Of a stretch of DNA of 64,000 bases, positions 9,558-19,632 are shown piece by piece; within the stretch, counting starts at the first letter, position 1; each line of letters starts with the position of its first letter. The notes beneath the pieces were generated by a model. The model made no database searches. It was not told where the DNA came from and saw nothing but the letters and a program-made list of their open reading frames with translations. The stretch is from contig PLZJ01000002.1 of the NCBI GenBank assembly GCA_003152105.1, forward strand, positions 753,713-817,712. The letters are read 5' to 3'. The stretch is from Candidatus Levyibacteriota bacterium (lineage in GTDB: Bacteria; Patescibacteriota; Microgenomatia; Levybacterales; UBA12049). The position numbers were made by a program, and so were the translations under genes.

Positions 9558-10250
9558 ATGGGAATATTATACATTGTAGCTACCCCAATTGGCAATTTAA
9601 AAGATATAACAATCCGTGCAAAAGAAATTTTGGAGAAGGTTGAGTTTATAGCGTGCGAAGATACACGAAGAACAGGATTACTAATTAAACAGTTAGGAAT
9701 AGAAAAAAAAGCAAGGTTCATTTCTTTTTATGAAGAAAATGAACAGATTAAAATGTATGAGATTATTGCTTTATTACAAAAAGGAAACAATGTGGCGCTC
9801 GTTTCAGATGCAGGAACTCCTACAATTTCTGATCCAGGATTTAAGTTAGTAAGAGAATGTATAGCTATTGGTATTGCAGTTGAATCTATTCCAGGTCCAA
9901 GTTCAGTAATAACTGCACTGACAGTATCTGGGCTTCCTACTGATAAGTTTTTATTTATTGGTTATTTACCTAAAAAACCTGGTAAACGATTAAAATTACT
10001 TGAAGAATTAAAAAAAACACATCAAAACACAGATCAACTAAAATCGACAATTATTTTACTTGAATCACCACACAGACTAATCAAAAGCTTAGAAGAATTA
10101 CGTGTTGCTTATGGTAATATCTACATCGTGATTGCAAGAGAATTAACAAAAATGTATGAAGAAGTAAGACGAGAAGAAATTATAAATAGCATTGCACATT
10201 TTAGTAAAACTCCTCCAAAAGGTGAATTCGTATTGCTTTTTATTCTTTAA
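9558..10250 (+). CDS. rsmI: 16S rRNA (cytidine1402-2'-O)-methyltransferase
   Basis: It starts MGILYIVATPIGNLKDITIRA and has a tetrapyrrole-methylase fold at typical length. Confidence 0.8.
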   Translation: MGILYIVATPIGNLKDITIRAKEILEKVEFIACEDTRRTGLLIKQLGIEKKARFISFYEENEQIKMYEIIALLQKGNNVALVSDAGTPTISDPGFKLVRECIAIGIAVESIPGPSSVITALTVSGLPTDKFLFIGYLPKKPGKRLKLLEELKKTHQNTDQLKSTIILLESPHRLIKSLEELRVAYGNIYIVIARELTKMYEEVRREEIINSIAHFSKTPPKGEFVLLFIL

Positions 10251-10877
10251 TTACACTGTATTCTTTTTGGCTTGACGAATGTCCTTATCTTCAATAGTAC
10301 CATTTGAAGAGATTTTATACACATATACTTGGCCAGTACTTATTTCTAAATGAGCAATTTTATCATCAGGAATATGTTCTAAATATTTAACAATTGCACG
10401 TAGTGCATTACCTGAACTTACAACGAGTACATTATTTCCTTCCATAACTTGCTTTAGTATTGTGTCTTTAAAAAATGGTATTTCTCTTTCGTATACTTGT
10501 TTCAAGGATTCTCCCTCAGGTATAGGATAATCCCATGACCTTCGAAGAAGTAAAAAATTTTTTTCTCCAATCTCTTTTTCAATTTCCCATTTGTTTTTAC
10601 CGTTATAAACACCGTAGTTTCGCTCATTAATTCGCTTATCTACTATAGTTGGTAAATCTTTTTGTTTAATTTCTTTTTTAATCTCTTCTAATGTATCTAT
10701 TGCTCTTTTAAATACAGAAACGTAGGCTGTTGTAAAATGAATATCCTTCAATTCCTTTCCCGCACGTTTTGCTTCATCTATTCCGATTGAAGTTAACTCT
10801 GGATTATCCCATCCTGTCCACCAACCTTTTTGGTTATATGTCGATAAACCGTGTCTAACTAATACTAATAATCCCAT
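10251..10877 (-). CDS. gpmA: 2,3-bisphosphoglycerate-dependent phosphoglycerate mutase
   Basis: LVLVRHGLSTYNQKGWWTGWDNPELTSIGIDEAKRAGKEL matches the dPGM N-terminus (RHG...TGW). It belongs to the histidine phosphatase family. Confidence 0.8.
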   Translation of the reverse strand: MGLLVLVRHGLSTYNQKGWWTGWDNPELTSIGIDEAKRAGKELKDIHFTTAYVSVFKRAIDTLEEIKKEIKQKDLPTIVDKRINERNYGVYNGKNKWEIEKEIGEKNFLLLRRSWDYPIPEGESLKQVYEREIPFFKDTILKQVMEGNNVLVVSSGNALRAIVKYLEHIPDDKIAHLEISTGQVYVYKISSNGTIEDKDIRQAKKNTV

Positions 10878-10885
10878 AAAATTAG

Positions 10886-12139
10886 TTACGCTTTGTGAAG
10901 CTCTGAATATATTTCGAGTAATCTATTATATTTTACGACTCTTTCACCTCTGGCAGGTGCACCAAATTTAGTAAAATCTGAATTCACGGCAATTGCAAGA
11001 TCAGCAATAAAATCATCTGTTGTTTCTCCACTCCTATGAGAGATTATTGTTTTTATATTATTTTTTTTAGCAAGTTCAATAACTTGTAAGGTTTCAGTTA
11101 CGGTTCCAATTTGATTTACTTTAATTATAACTCCTGTTATTGCCTTTGCATTAATTGCTTTTTGCAGTAATGTACTATTAGTTGAAATTATATCATCACC
11201 AATAATTACACAAGATGCAGGTAAGGTTTTAGTTATTTTTGCAAAACTATCAAAATCTTCTTCATAAAACGGGTCTTCGAAGTAACGAAGTGGGTATTTC
11301 TCATAAATTGATTTATAGAATACTAATAATTCTTCTGGGGTTATTTTTTTACTTTCACTTTTTAAGTTATATATACCGTCATCATAAAAACTTGAAGCAG
11401 CAACATCCATACCAATTTCTACATCTTTTTGGAACACATATCCTGCTTTTTTAATTGCGAGTAACAAATAGTCCAGAGCTTCGGTGTTTTTTGAAAAATT
11501 TGGCGCAAAGCCGCCTTCATCTCCTAGTAAATTACTGAAGCTATTTTCATGCAAAAGTTTTTTAAGTTGTGTATATATGGTTACTGCTTGTTCTAAGGCT
11601 TTTGGGAATATTTTAGTAGTGGGTAAAATCATGAATTCTTGAAAGTCAATATTTCCACCAGCATGCATTCCACCATTTAAGATATTAAAAGCAGAGATTG
11701 GTTGTTCATAAGAGTCGTTATGTGAAGTTAGATTTCGTAAATATTTGTATAATGGAATTTTTTGCTCTTGAGCAGATACTCTTGCTAGTGCTAAAGAAAC
11801 CGGCAATATTGCATTAGCTCCAAGTTTCGTTTTATTCTCAGTACCATCAAGTTTATTCATTAATAAATCTAGTTCATTTTGATAAGAAGGATCTTTTCCT
11901 ATTAATGATGGACCAATCACTTCGTTAACATTTTCTACTGCTTGCAGCACTCCTTTTCCACCATAAACTGATCGATTATTATCTCTTAATTCTAAAGCCT
12001 CGTGTATAGAAACAGATGCACCGCTTGGACAAGATGCAACCGCGTTTATGTTCGTATCTAATGAAATTGTAACTTCTACAGTAGGGGTGGCTCTACTATC
12101 TAGTATTTGTCTTGCATGTATCGAAGTTATTTTAGCCAT
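10886..12139 (-). CDS. eno: enolase
   Basis: It starts MAKITSIHARQILDSRATPTVEV and is enolase-like along its full length. Confidence 0.9.
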   Translation of the reverse strand: MAKITSIHARQILDSRATPTVEVTISLDTNINAVASCPSGASVSIHEALELRDNNRSVYGGKGVLQAVENVNEVIGPSLIGKDPSYQNELDLLMNKLDGTENKTKLGANAILPVSLALARVSAQEQKIPLYKYLRNLTSHNDSYEQPISAFNILNGGMHAGGNIDFQEFMILPTTKIFPKALEQAVTIYTQLKKLLHENSFSNLLGDEGGFAPNFSKNTEALDYLLLAIKKAGYVFQKDVEIGMDVAASSFYDDGIYNLKSESKKITPEELLVFYKSIYEKYPLRYFEDPFYEEDFDSFAKITKTLPASCVIIGDDIISTNSTLLQKAINAKAITGVIIKVNQIGTVTETLQVIELAKKNNIKTIISHRSGETTDDFIADLAIAVNSDFTKFGAPARGERVVKYNRLLEIYSELHKA

Positions 12140-14363
12140 TTTTATCTAACAATTTGTGTTCGTAACTTGCAATAACTCTTCGGGTTTGTTGTAAATCCTC
12201 AGGAGGAACAGTTATGCTTGATATTCCACATTGTACCATAAATTCAATTCCCGCTAATGAGGATACAGATGAGGAAATGTAACATGTTTCAATCTTATGT
12301 TTTTGAGCAACTTCAATGCCTTGCGATAATAACCAATTTGTTGACTTATTTTGATCTGAAAATCCTTGTGATAATTCTAAATTGTTTTTATCTATTCCAA
12401 ACATAAGTGAGGATAATGTTGCAACATCAAAACTAACCCCATCGAGTCCAGAAGAAACGAACATATCCAACTCAGCGATATTTGCTGGAAGCTGTGCCAA
12501 TAGCCATATTTTGAATAATGGAGAACTTTGTAATCCATTTGCATAAAGAAGTTTTTTAATTGATTGAAATTCAGAAACTGTTCTTACAAAGGGCAGAAGA
12601 ACTCCGATATTTTTACCTGTTGCTCTTTTTCTAATTTCCTTAATTACATCGATTTCAATTTTTAACAAAATATTGTCATCCAAATAGCGAAGAGCACCTC
12701 TGTAGCCTAAAAATGGATTTTCTTCTACTTCTTCATATGCTTTTCCAAAAGAAAGAGTTCTAAGCTGTGAAGAAGTGAATTCAGAGAATTTATATAAAAC
12801 AGGCATGGGATAATATTGATCGCATAGATTTTGTAAGGTTTTTACCATTGTATTGATAATCACATTTCGATTCTCCTTTTTAAAAAGCTGTTTTGGATGA
12901 AGATTATATTGTTTAAAAAAGATTTCTCCATAAATAATACCGACTCCATCTGCATAAGGAACTGTTTCTTTATGAAAATCAGTTTTAGTTGATATAGTTG
13001 TAAGTAGTTTAGTAGCAGTTATCGAGTGACTTTTCGATAATTTACTAAAGTCAGCACTACCATGATAAACAGTGCCTTTTTGACCATCTACAAGCACTGC
13101 TTGACCAGTTTTTAGAATATCGAGTGCATTTTCAGAATTGGCGATGACAGGTACACCAATTTGTTTAAATAACAATTGAGTACTTGGAGAAGCTGCTTCT
13201 TCTACAATAATTGCATTTGCTTTCTTTAATACACTTGCAGTTTCTAAATCTATTTTTTGCGTTACTAACACATCACCTTGCTTTACTAAAGGTAAATCTT
13301 TTTTATTTTTAATAACTCGAACATTTCCTTTAATTATTCCAACTCCATGAGGAGTACCAACAAGGAGGGGTTTAAACGCATCATGCATGTCAGTTTTGCC
13401 AGTATTTTCAGATAGTTCTCTTGTGTTTAGAAGAAACAGTTTATTGTCTTCATACGCAAAAAAAGCTTCTTGTGGAAAGTAAAAGTGTTTTTCTAACTTT
13501 TTTGCCAGTAGCGCCACTTCAATAATTTGTTTATCGCTTAATTTTTGCTCATAGCTTTCCTCGGCTGTGAGGGTATTAATTTTTGTATGGGTGCCAATAG
13601 TTGACTGCATAACTTCTTGATTTGCAATTCTTTTTGTTTTAATTTCTAGCGATAACTTATCAACCTCATAATAATCGGTTTTTTCACCATGTAATATGTA
13701 TCCAGGTAGTCCATATGCTGCTTCTATGAGTATAAGCTTTTTATTGCTACTATCTGGATCTTTGGTAAATAGTCTTCCTGAAATATCAGCGTTTATTGAT
13801 GCTTGAACAATTGAAGCAAGAGAAAGTGTTTTGTAAGAGACTTTTTCTTCATTCATTCGAAGTAACATTGATGTATCAAAAAGTTTGGCAAAGCTTTCTT
13901 TAATTCTTTGCAGTAGGTTTGCATCACCAACAATTTGCATAAAACTACTGGTAGAATCTGATAGACGAAAAAGAGTATTTCTGTTGCCAATTGAAGCTGA
14001 TATAACATTAACCGATGGCAATGAATGCTGAGTATGAATTTTTTTGTATGCTTTAATTATCGATTCTGCTAATTCTTCCGGATAGGATGAATACAAAATA
14101 ATTTTTTTAATTGCTTGTGATACTTGCTCAACTGAGGAATGATCGGAATAGGTTATTGTTGATAGAAGATTATCAATTTTGGGTTTAAGCTTATTACTTT
14201 CAATAAACGTAAACCAAGCTGCAGTTGTTATAACAAACGCATTTGGCACGGTAATATCTGAAGCAAGCATACTTGCAAGGTGTAATCCATAAGTACCGGT
14301 CAGTTCTACGTCTTCTTTATCAATTTCTTTTAGCCACAATACAAATGGCTGTTTGGACAGCAT
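12132..14363 (-). CDS. phosphoenolpyruvate synthase-like protein (PEP-utilising enzyme architecture; phospho-His motif not conserved)
   Basis: It has a PPDK_N ATP-grasp N-terminus (VPNAFVITTAAWFTF; GRLFTKDPDSSN..ILIEAAYGLPGYILHGEKTDYYEVDK). The C-terminal TIM barrel carries ENPFLGYRGALRY and the Cys region CYISSSVSS. The central mobile domain reads AIIVEEAASPSTQLLFKQIGVPVIAN where [19 protein letters not shown] is expected. Confidence 0.6.
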   Translation of the reverse strand: MLSKQPFVLWLKEIDKEDVELTGTYGLHLASMLASDITVPNAFVITTAAWFTFIESNKLKPKIDNLLSTITYSDHSSVEQVSQAIKKIILYSSYPEELAESIIKAYKKIHTQHSLPSVNVISASIGNRNTLFRLSDSTSSFMQIVGDANLLQRIKESFAKLFDTSMLLRMNEEKVSYKTLSLASIVQASINADISGRLFTKDPDSSNKKLILIEAAYGLPGYILHGEKTDYYEVDKLSLEIKTKRIANQEVMQSTIGTHTKINTLTAEESYEQKLSDKQIIEVALLAKKLEKHFYFPQEAFFAYEDNKLFLLNTRELSENTGKTDMHDAFKPLLVGTPHGVGIIKGNVRVIKNKKDLPLVKQGDVLVTQKIDLETASVLKKANAIIVEEAASPSTQLLFKQIGVPVIANSENALDILKTGQAVLVDGQKGTVYHGSADFSKLSKSHSITATKLLTTISTKTDFHKETVPYADGVGIIYGEIFFKQYNLHPKQLFKKENRNVIINTMVKTLQNLCDQYYPMPVLYKFSEFTSSQLRTLSFGKAYEEVEENPFLGYRGALRYLDDNILLKIEIDVIKEIRKRATGKNIGVLLPFVRTVSEFQSIKKLLYANGLQSSPLFKIWLLAQLPANIAELDMFVSSGLDGVSFDVATLSSLMFGIDKNNLELSQGFSDQNKSTNWLLSQGIEVAQKHKIETCYISSSVSSLAGIEFMVQCGISSITVPPEDLQQTRRVIASYEHKLLDKNG

Positions 14364-14455
14364 ACAATTATTATCTAGACTTTTACTAGTTTCTGCAAGT
14401 GTTATTTATAGAAAACTTGCTTGACATGAGTAATGTATATTTATACAATCAGTTT

Positions 14456-14881
14456 ATGGAACCACAACCTAAAAAGATCTTAGTTGTAGAAGACGACGTC
14501 TTTTTAAGTGAAATTTATGTCGATACATTAACAAAAGAGGGATATAATATCGACCGAGCAATTGATGGTGAACAGGCAACACAAAAAATAAAACAAGGTG
14601 GATATGATTTAATACTTCTTGATATCATTATGCCAAAAATGGATGGCATTTCAGTAATGGAAAACTTAAAACAAGATCCTAGTTTTAAGTTAACCTGTCC
14701 GCTTGTATTTTTAACTAACTTGGATAATGAAGAGCAAATGAAAAAAGCATTATCTTTAGGAAACGGCTATTTAATTAAAAGCCTTATGACACCTGGTGAT
14801 TTAGTAACTGAAGTCAAACAATATCTTTCAATGCAATTTGCCCCTCTTACGCAGACGCCACCAACGACACAACAGAATTAG
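14456..14881 (+). CDS. stand-alone response regulator receiver (CheY-like)
   Basis: The receiver fold is KKILVVEDD...DLILLDIIMPKMDG...K with no output domain. The track start 14399 lies inside the promoter TTGACA(14421)-17-TACAAT(14444), and the ATG at 14456 sits exactly 7 nt after the -10, so the mRNA is leaderless. Confidence 0.7.
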   Translation: MEPQPKKILVVEDDVFLSEIYVDTLTKEGYNIDRAIDGEQATQKIKQGGYDLILLDIIMPKMDGISVMENLKQDPSFKLTCPLVFLTNLDNEEQMKKALSLGNGYLIKSLMTPGDLVTEVKQYLSMQFAPLTQTPPTTQQN

Positions 14882-16298
14882 TTATTGGAAATGTGCTTGC
14901 TTCAATCGTTTTTTGATCTTTTACTATTTTTAGACTAAACGAAAAAGTCGAACCTTTATCAATTTCTGAATTTACCCAAATTTTGCCTCCATGCATTTCA
15001 ATAATTGATTTAGTAATATATAATCCGAGACCAGTTCCTTCCATAGTAATCTTTGTTAAATAACTATCTCCAACACTGCTAAATTTTTGGAATAATTTAT
15101 CAAGATCTTCTTTTGTCATACCTTTTCCTGTATCGGTAAGATTTGTAATAATCATATCGTTTTCAATTTTAAAGGAAACAGTAATTGAACCACCAGGAGG
15201 AGTGAATTTAATTGAATTACCTGCTAAATTAATAAATACTTCTTTCATTTTATCTGGATCTGCCATAACTTGTATATTTTCTGCTCCACTTGCATCGACA
15301 TGTAGCGTAATTTGCTGACCAGATGCAAAAGGAGTAAGTTCTGTAAATGTGTCTTGTGCAAGTTTAGCTAAGTTAATTTCTTTTTGACGTATAACATAAC
15401 GACCAGCTTCAATTCTTGATACATTTAACATATCATTTACTAGATTAATTAATCTATTCGTAGCATCTAAGGCATGCTCAAGATAGGTAGTATCTTTTTC
15501 ACTTGGACTGCCATTCTTTTTATTCTCGAGATACATCCACAAATATGATTTTATAGCTGTCATTGGAGTTCGGAGTTCATGTGATGCTAAAGAAACAAAC
15601 TCATCTTTCATTTTATCAAGTTGTTTTAAGCGATCATTAGCATCCTCAATAGATTTATATAAAAGTGTATTGTCTAAAGAAATGCCAATAACACTACTTA
15701 GTCGCTTAATTAAATCTTGTGAATAAATATCAATAGATGCTTCATCTTGTGCCAAACTTATAATTAATATACCAAAACATTGACCACGAATTACAAGTGG
15801 ATATACTACCGTTGATTTAATTTGAAGAATCGAAGCAAATGTATCAATATTTTTTTTATTTTCAAAAGTAGCAAATACATCTAAAAGCGTATTTGTAATA
15901 TATGCCCGTTTAGTTCCTAATGCTTTAACGAGAAGATTATTGGTACTTGAAAAAGGCATAGAAGTAACATAAATAGGTAATACGTCATTTAACTTAGCTT
16001 GAATTTGCTCATCTAAATGAGAAAAAGCTATTTGCTCTAAAGAATTTAATTTAGAATTTGATAAATATATTGAAGCTGTTACAAAATCGGAATTTTCTAT
16101 TACCGCATCTACAATACTTTTTGCAACCTGCATGACATCTGTTATGGAGTTAAGTGTAATTTCATCAATCTTTCTAAGCAAAGTTAATGTTTTATTTGTT
16201 TGAGATAACTCATAATTTTTTTTATACATTTCTTCTGTAATATGAGTTAAATCATTAGCTACAGAATTATCAGATTTTGAAGAATTATTGGGATCCAT
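14847..16298 (-). CDS. soluble sensor histidine kinase (GAF-HisKA-HATPase)
   Basis: The H-box HELRTPMTAIKSY is followed by N/G boxes (GTGLGLYITKSI) and preceded by an N-terminal GAF-like region. No TM segment is present. The 3' end overlaps the convergent receiver gene by 35 nt. Confidence 0.75.
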   Translation of the reverse strand: MDPNNSSKSDNSVANDLTHITEEMYKKNYELSQTNKTLTLLRKIDEITLNSITDVMQVAKSIVDAVIENSDFVTASIYLSNSKLNSLEQIAFSHLDEQIQAKLNDVLPIYVTSMPFSSTNNLLVKALGTKRAYITNTLLDVFATFENKKNIDTFASILQIKSTVVYPLVIRGQCFGILIISLAQDEASIDIYSQDLIKRLSSVIGISLDNTLLYKSIEDANDRLKQLDKMKDEFVSLASHELRTPMTAIKSYLWMYLENKKNGSPSEKDTTYLEHALDATNRLINLVNDMLNVSRIEAGRYVIRQKEINLAKLAQDTFTELTPFASGQQITLHVDASGAENIQVMADPDKMKEVFINLAGNSIKFTPPGGSITVSFKIENDMIITNLTDTGKGMTKEDLDKLFQKFSSVGDSYLTKITMEGTGLGLYITKSIIEMHGGKIWVNSEIDKGSTFSFSLKIVKDQKTIEASTFPITNSVVSLVASA

Positions 16299-16321
16299 TA
16301 TTTAATTATATACTTAAGAAT

Positions 16322-16600
16322 TTATTTGAGTAAAGATGGCACTTGCTCTTGAGGTAACTTTGAAAGAATATCTTTTGCAGCATGCCTACAAACTTCTACT
16401 GAGGTCTGTCCAAAAATAATTTCGTATTTTGCGACCAATTTTTCAAGAATTTCTTTTTCATTTCCTGTTAATGCTACCTCATTATTGCTTACATTAATCT
16501 TTAAGCCAGATATTTTTTGAGCTTGTTCTAACGCAATAGGTCCTATTATGCCCTCTTGAGCTTTTATTATTTTTAATACTGCTTGTGAATATACATCCAT
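16322..16600 (-). CDS. small hypothetical protein (92 aa), cotranscribed with the kinase
   Basis: The ORF lies 23 nt upstream of the kinase and 2 nt downstream of the membrane protein. I recognise no family. Confidence 0.4.
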   Translation of the reverse strand: MDVYSQAVLKIIKAQEGIIGPIALEQAQKISGLKINVSNNEVALTGNEKEILEKLVAKYEIIFGQTSVEVCRHAAKDILSKLPQEQVPSLLK

Positions 16601-16601
16601 A

Positions 16602-17426
16602 TTATGACTCCCTATATTCCTTTAAAGCGGTAAATAGTTGAAAAATTCCAAAACCAAGTAAAGTGTAAGAAACGGCATATATATAATCTAAAATACTTCC
16701 AGGATAATAAGTATTTTGAAAAATAACAAAACAATATTCAGCTAAAAATTGAGCCACAAACGCTATAATTATAAATAGTATTTTACTTCGCATTAATCCT
16801 CCAAGGCTATTTCTAGTAAGTGAATAAGTTAGTAGTGCAATAGAAATATAAATTATCGGACCTGTTGGATAACCATAATTTAGAAATGTTTCAACAGGGT
16901 GCTTAAAATCTATAGAATAATTTTTTAAAACGAGCCAGTAAGAAACTACCAAAATTATTAGAGGAATAAAAATAACTTGTACTTTAGAACTTATTGAGTT
17001 TAAGGAAAATCTTACACCTGAAGCTTCTGCTAATAAGATTATGCCATAAATATAAAAAGGGATAGTACCAAAAAAACCAATATCTCCAATTGAAGGATAC
17101 GGTACAGCTATATGTAATACAAAAATATAATAACTATATGCAAGTTGTCCAAATTCTTGAAATAGTAAGCCAAATGAAAACATGATTATGGCTCTTCCCA
17201 TTAAACTTCTCCAACCACCCCATGATTTGGCAATAGAGAATCCAAATAATGCTGACCATGCAGCTATTACGCCATATAAATTGCCGAAATACCCAAAAGC
17301 AGAGAAAGGATTTTCACTTTGACTCTTATTTAGAAAAAAGGTTAAATAAAGCCACCAAATACTAAAGAAAATAAATAAACCCACTAATACTTTTGCTGGC
17401 CAATAATATTTTATAGTTTTTAACAT
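16602..17426 (-). CDS. polytopic membrane protein (candidate membrane sensor partner)
   Basis: About 8 hydrophobic helices run throughout. It is the first gene of the membrane protein/small protein/kinase string. Confidence 0.5.
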   Translation of the reverse strand: MLKTIKYYWPAKVLVGLFIFFSIWWLYLTFFLNKSQSENPFSAFGYFGNLYGVIAAWSALFGFSIAKSWGGWRSLMGRAIIMFSFGLLFQEFGQLAYSYYIFVLHIAVPYPSIGDIGFFGTIPFYIYGIILLAEASGVRFSLNSISSKVQVIFIPLIILVVSYWLVLKNYSIDFKHPVETFLNYGYPTGPIIYISIALLTYSLTRNSLGGLMRSKILFIIIAFVAQFLAEYCFVIFQNTYYPGSILDYIYAVSYTLLGFGIFQLFTALKEYRES

Positions 17427-17498
17427 ATAGTACTATATAAGCAAAGCACAGTATGCATAACTTGTCAATATTCATCCTAATCGGTTACAATAAATAAA

Positions 17499-18461
17499 AT
17501 GATTGACACAATTGATCCTGACAATCAACTTGCAATAAACAATTTAAACAACAAATATCCAGAATTCCCAAACTCCAAAAAATTGGAATTCCAGGACAAA
17601 GAGTTAATAGAAAAACTCTTACTTAACTTTCCACCCTATTCTGATTTTAACTTTTTAAGTTTATGGAGCTATAACACAAAGGATGATATAGAATTTTCAA
17701 TACATAACAATAATATAATTTGTAAAATGAGAGACTATATCACTGGCGAATTTTTTTATACGTTTGCTGGATCAAATTCTCCATTTTCAACAATAGAAAC
17801 AATATTTAAATACTTACAAGAACATAAATTACCGTTACTTTTAAAGATAGTTCCGGAAACAAGTATTGACCAAATCCAAGTAAAGCAGAGATTTAATATT
17901 ATTGAGGATAGAGATCAATTTGATTATATTTACTCTATTGAGGGCTTCGCGAACTTAAAAGGAGGAGATAATGTTAAAATTCGAAATTATTGCAATAGAT
18001 TTAAAGAACTTTATTCAACTATTAACCAAAAAACTTTAGATCTATCTAATTTAAACGATCAAGTAATTTTTTTATCAATATTTGACAGATGGAGACAATT
18101 TAAAAATCAAGATAAAGAAGCAATTACCGAAAGACTTGCCCTAGAAAGACTTTTTCAAATATCAAGTCAGGTTGATAATTTATATAATATTGTATTGTAT
18201 GACGTTGATAAGCCAATAGGTTTTTTTATCGGGGAACAATGTAAATCAGAATATGCGATCAGCCATTTTGCTAAAGCTGATTCTCAAAATTACCATGGCA
18301 TCTATGCTTACTTATATCATAAATCTTCAATGGATTTATTCAATCTTGGTTATAAATATGTTAATTATGAGCAAGATTTAGGCATTCCAGGGTTAAGAAG
18401 ATCCAAAGAGCAAATGCACCCTGTTTACTTTTTAAAAAAGTATTCTATTTCACCTTCTTAG
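17499..18461 (+). CDS. hypothetical protein, DUF2156-like (GNAT-fold, MprF C-terminal-like)
   Basis: The pattern NFPPYSDFNFLSLWSYN...NIICKM...FAGSN resembles the DUF2156 N-terminal half, and FFIGEQ...HFAKAD is acyltransferase-like. The call rests on memory of the family pattern. Confidence 0.35.
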   Translation: MIDTIDPDNQLAINNLNNKYPEFPNSKKLEFQDKELIEKLLLNFPPYSDFNFLSLWSYNTKDDIEFSIHNNNIICKMRDYITGEFFYTFAGSNSPFSTIETIFKYLQEHKLPLLLKIVPETSIDQIQVKQRFNIIEDRDQFDYIYSIEGFANLKGGDNVKIRNYCNRFKELYSTINQKTLDLSNLNDQVIFLSIFDRWRQFKNQDKEAITERLALERLFQISSQVDNLYNIVLYDVDKPIGFFIGEQCKSEYAISHFAKADSQNYHGIYAYLYHKSSMDLFNLGYKYVNYEQDLGIPGLRRSKEQMHPVYFLKKYSISPS

Positions 18462-19056
18462 TTATTGTATTTTTCTTTTTAAATAAAATTCCAATTTTGT
18501 ATTGTACTAAAACATAAACTAATACGTTTATTATTAAATAATATAAAGGGAAAGTAATGTTAGCGAAGTTAGAGTTTTTTATAGTTAACAAAGTAATAAA
18601 ACCACTAGATCCAGCCGCTAGCCATGGCCAAGCACTTTCAGTTTGTGGTTTATTGTATGATTTTACAAGTGTTGGCACATATGCTGCTGCGTCAGCTAGA
18701 ATACTAAACATAATTGCTATGTTGCCATTGTTGGTAATATACCAAAGTATAATTCCAAGTATCGAAAAAAATGCACAAATAATATCTAACTTTTGAATTT
18801 TTGCATAGGATTTCTTGTTAATAAAAGTGGCTAAGAACACAAAAAAGGGAATTAATCCTACACTTAGGGGCATTATTGCTTGAAATCCTACTCCCTGATT
18901 TAACTCTGCAAAAAATGTAATAATAGGAGGAATTGACCAAAGAAAAAAAGATACTCTGTTTGGTTGAATTTTACCTTTTATCGTATCATTTACATAACTA
19001 ATAAATCCAAGAAGGTTTAGAGCAATGCCAACATAAATGAAATTGGGGTTTAACAT
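18445..19056 (-). CDS. hypothetical integral membrane protein
   Basis: It has 6 predicted TM helices and no motif. Confidence 0.4.
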   Translation of the reverse strand: MLNPNFIYVGIALNLLGFISYVNDTIKGKIQPNRVSFFLWSIPPIITFFAELNQGVGFQAIMPLSVGLIPFFVFLATFINKKSYAKIQKLDIICAFFSILGIILWYITNNGNIAIMFSILADAAAYVPTLVKSYNKPQTESAWPWLAAGSSGFITLLTIKNSNFANITFPLYYLIINVLVYVLVQYKIGILFKKKNTITKKVK

Positions 19057-19093
19057 AAAATGAATGCTATATATTGAATACTAACTCATCAAT

Positions 19094-19582
19094 TTACCAT
19101 TCATCTGCCCTGTATACTGCCATAACCAGTGCACAAGTTGGAGAGTTTTTTACATGAGCCGAGATAATTTGCATTTGTAGTCTCCTTGGATGAAATTGAA
19201 TATTTCTAGTCTTACATAAATCAATTAATGAATTAGTAATATCAGTTTTAAGGACTGCATCGACAATACGCATAGATTGGCCTTCAATTTCGTGTTCAAC
19301 AAAGAGTCCGCTACCATCTTCTAATTGATACCAGCCTATTCCAGCCCCCACTGCTTTTCCAGCATGATCACTTCTTTTTTCGGCTTTTACAACATAAAGT
19401 CTATGACCGAATTCATTTTCTTGTGTTTTATATTTGGCTATTTTAATTTCAGACCCGACAGGAATTATTGAAGAAAGGGGGATAATATTATAATTTGCCA
19501 CTCCAGCAGTATTTAATGCGGCATCAAAAGAAGAAAGTAACGTTTTTCCATAACCAATTCCTTTTGTAACGGTAATAATCAT
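19094..19582 (-). CDS. pdaD: pyruvoyl-dependent arginine decarboxylase (archaeal-type)
   Basis: SFDAALNTAGVANYNIIPLSSIIPVGSEIKI aligns with M. jannaschii PdaD [31 protein letters not shown], including the Ser-Ser self-cleavage site. Length is about 160 aa. Confidence 0.7.
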   Translation of the reverse strand: MIITVTKGIGYGKTLLSSFDAALNTAGVANYNIIPLSSIIPVGSEIKIAKYKTQENEFGHRLYVVKAEKRSDHAGKAVGAGIGWYQLEDGSGLFVEHEIEGQSMRIVDAVLKTDITNSLIDLCKTRNIQFHPRRLQMQIISAHVKNSPTCALVMAVYRADEW

Positions 19583-19632
19583 TTAAATAATTTCGTAATT
19601 CTAATTATCTATATAGTTCAAATCTTTGTCAA

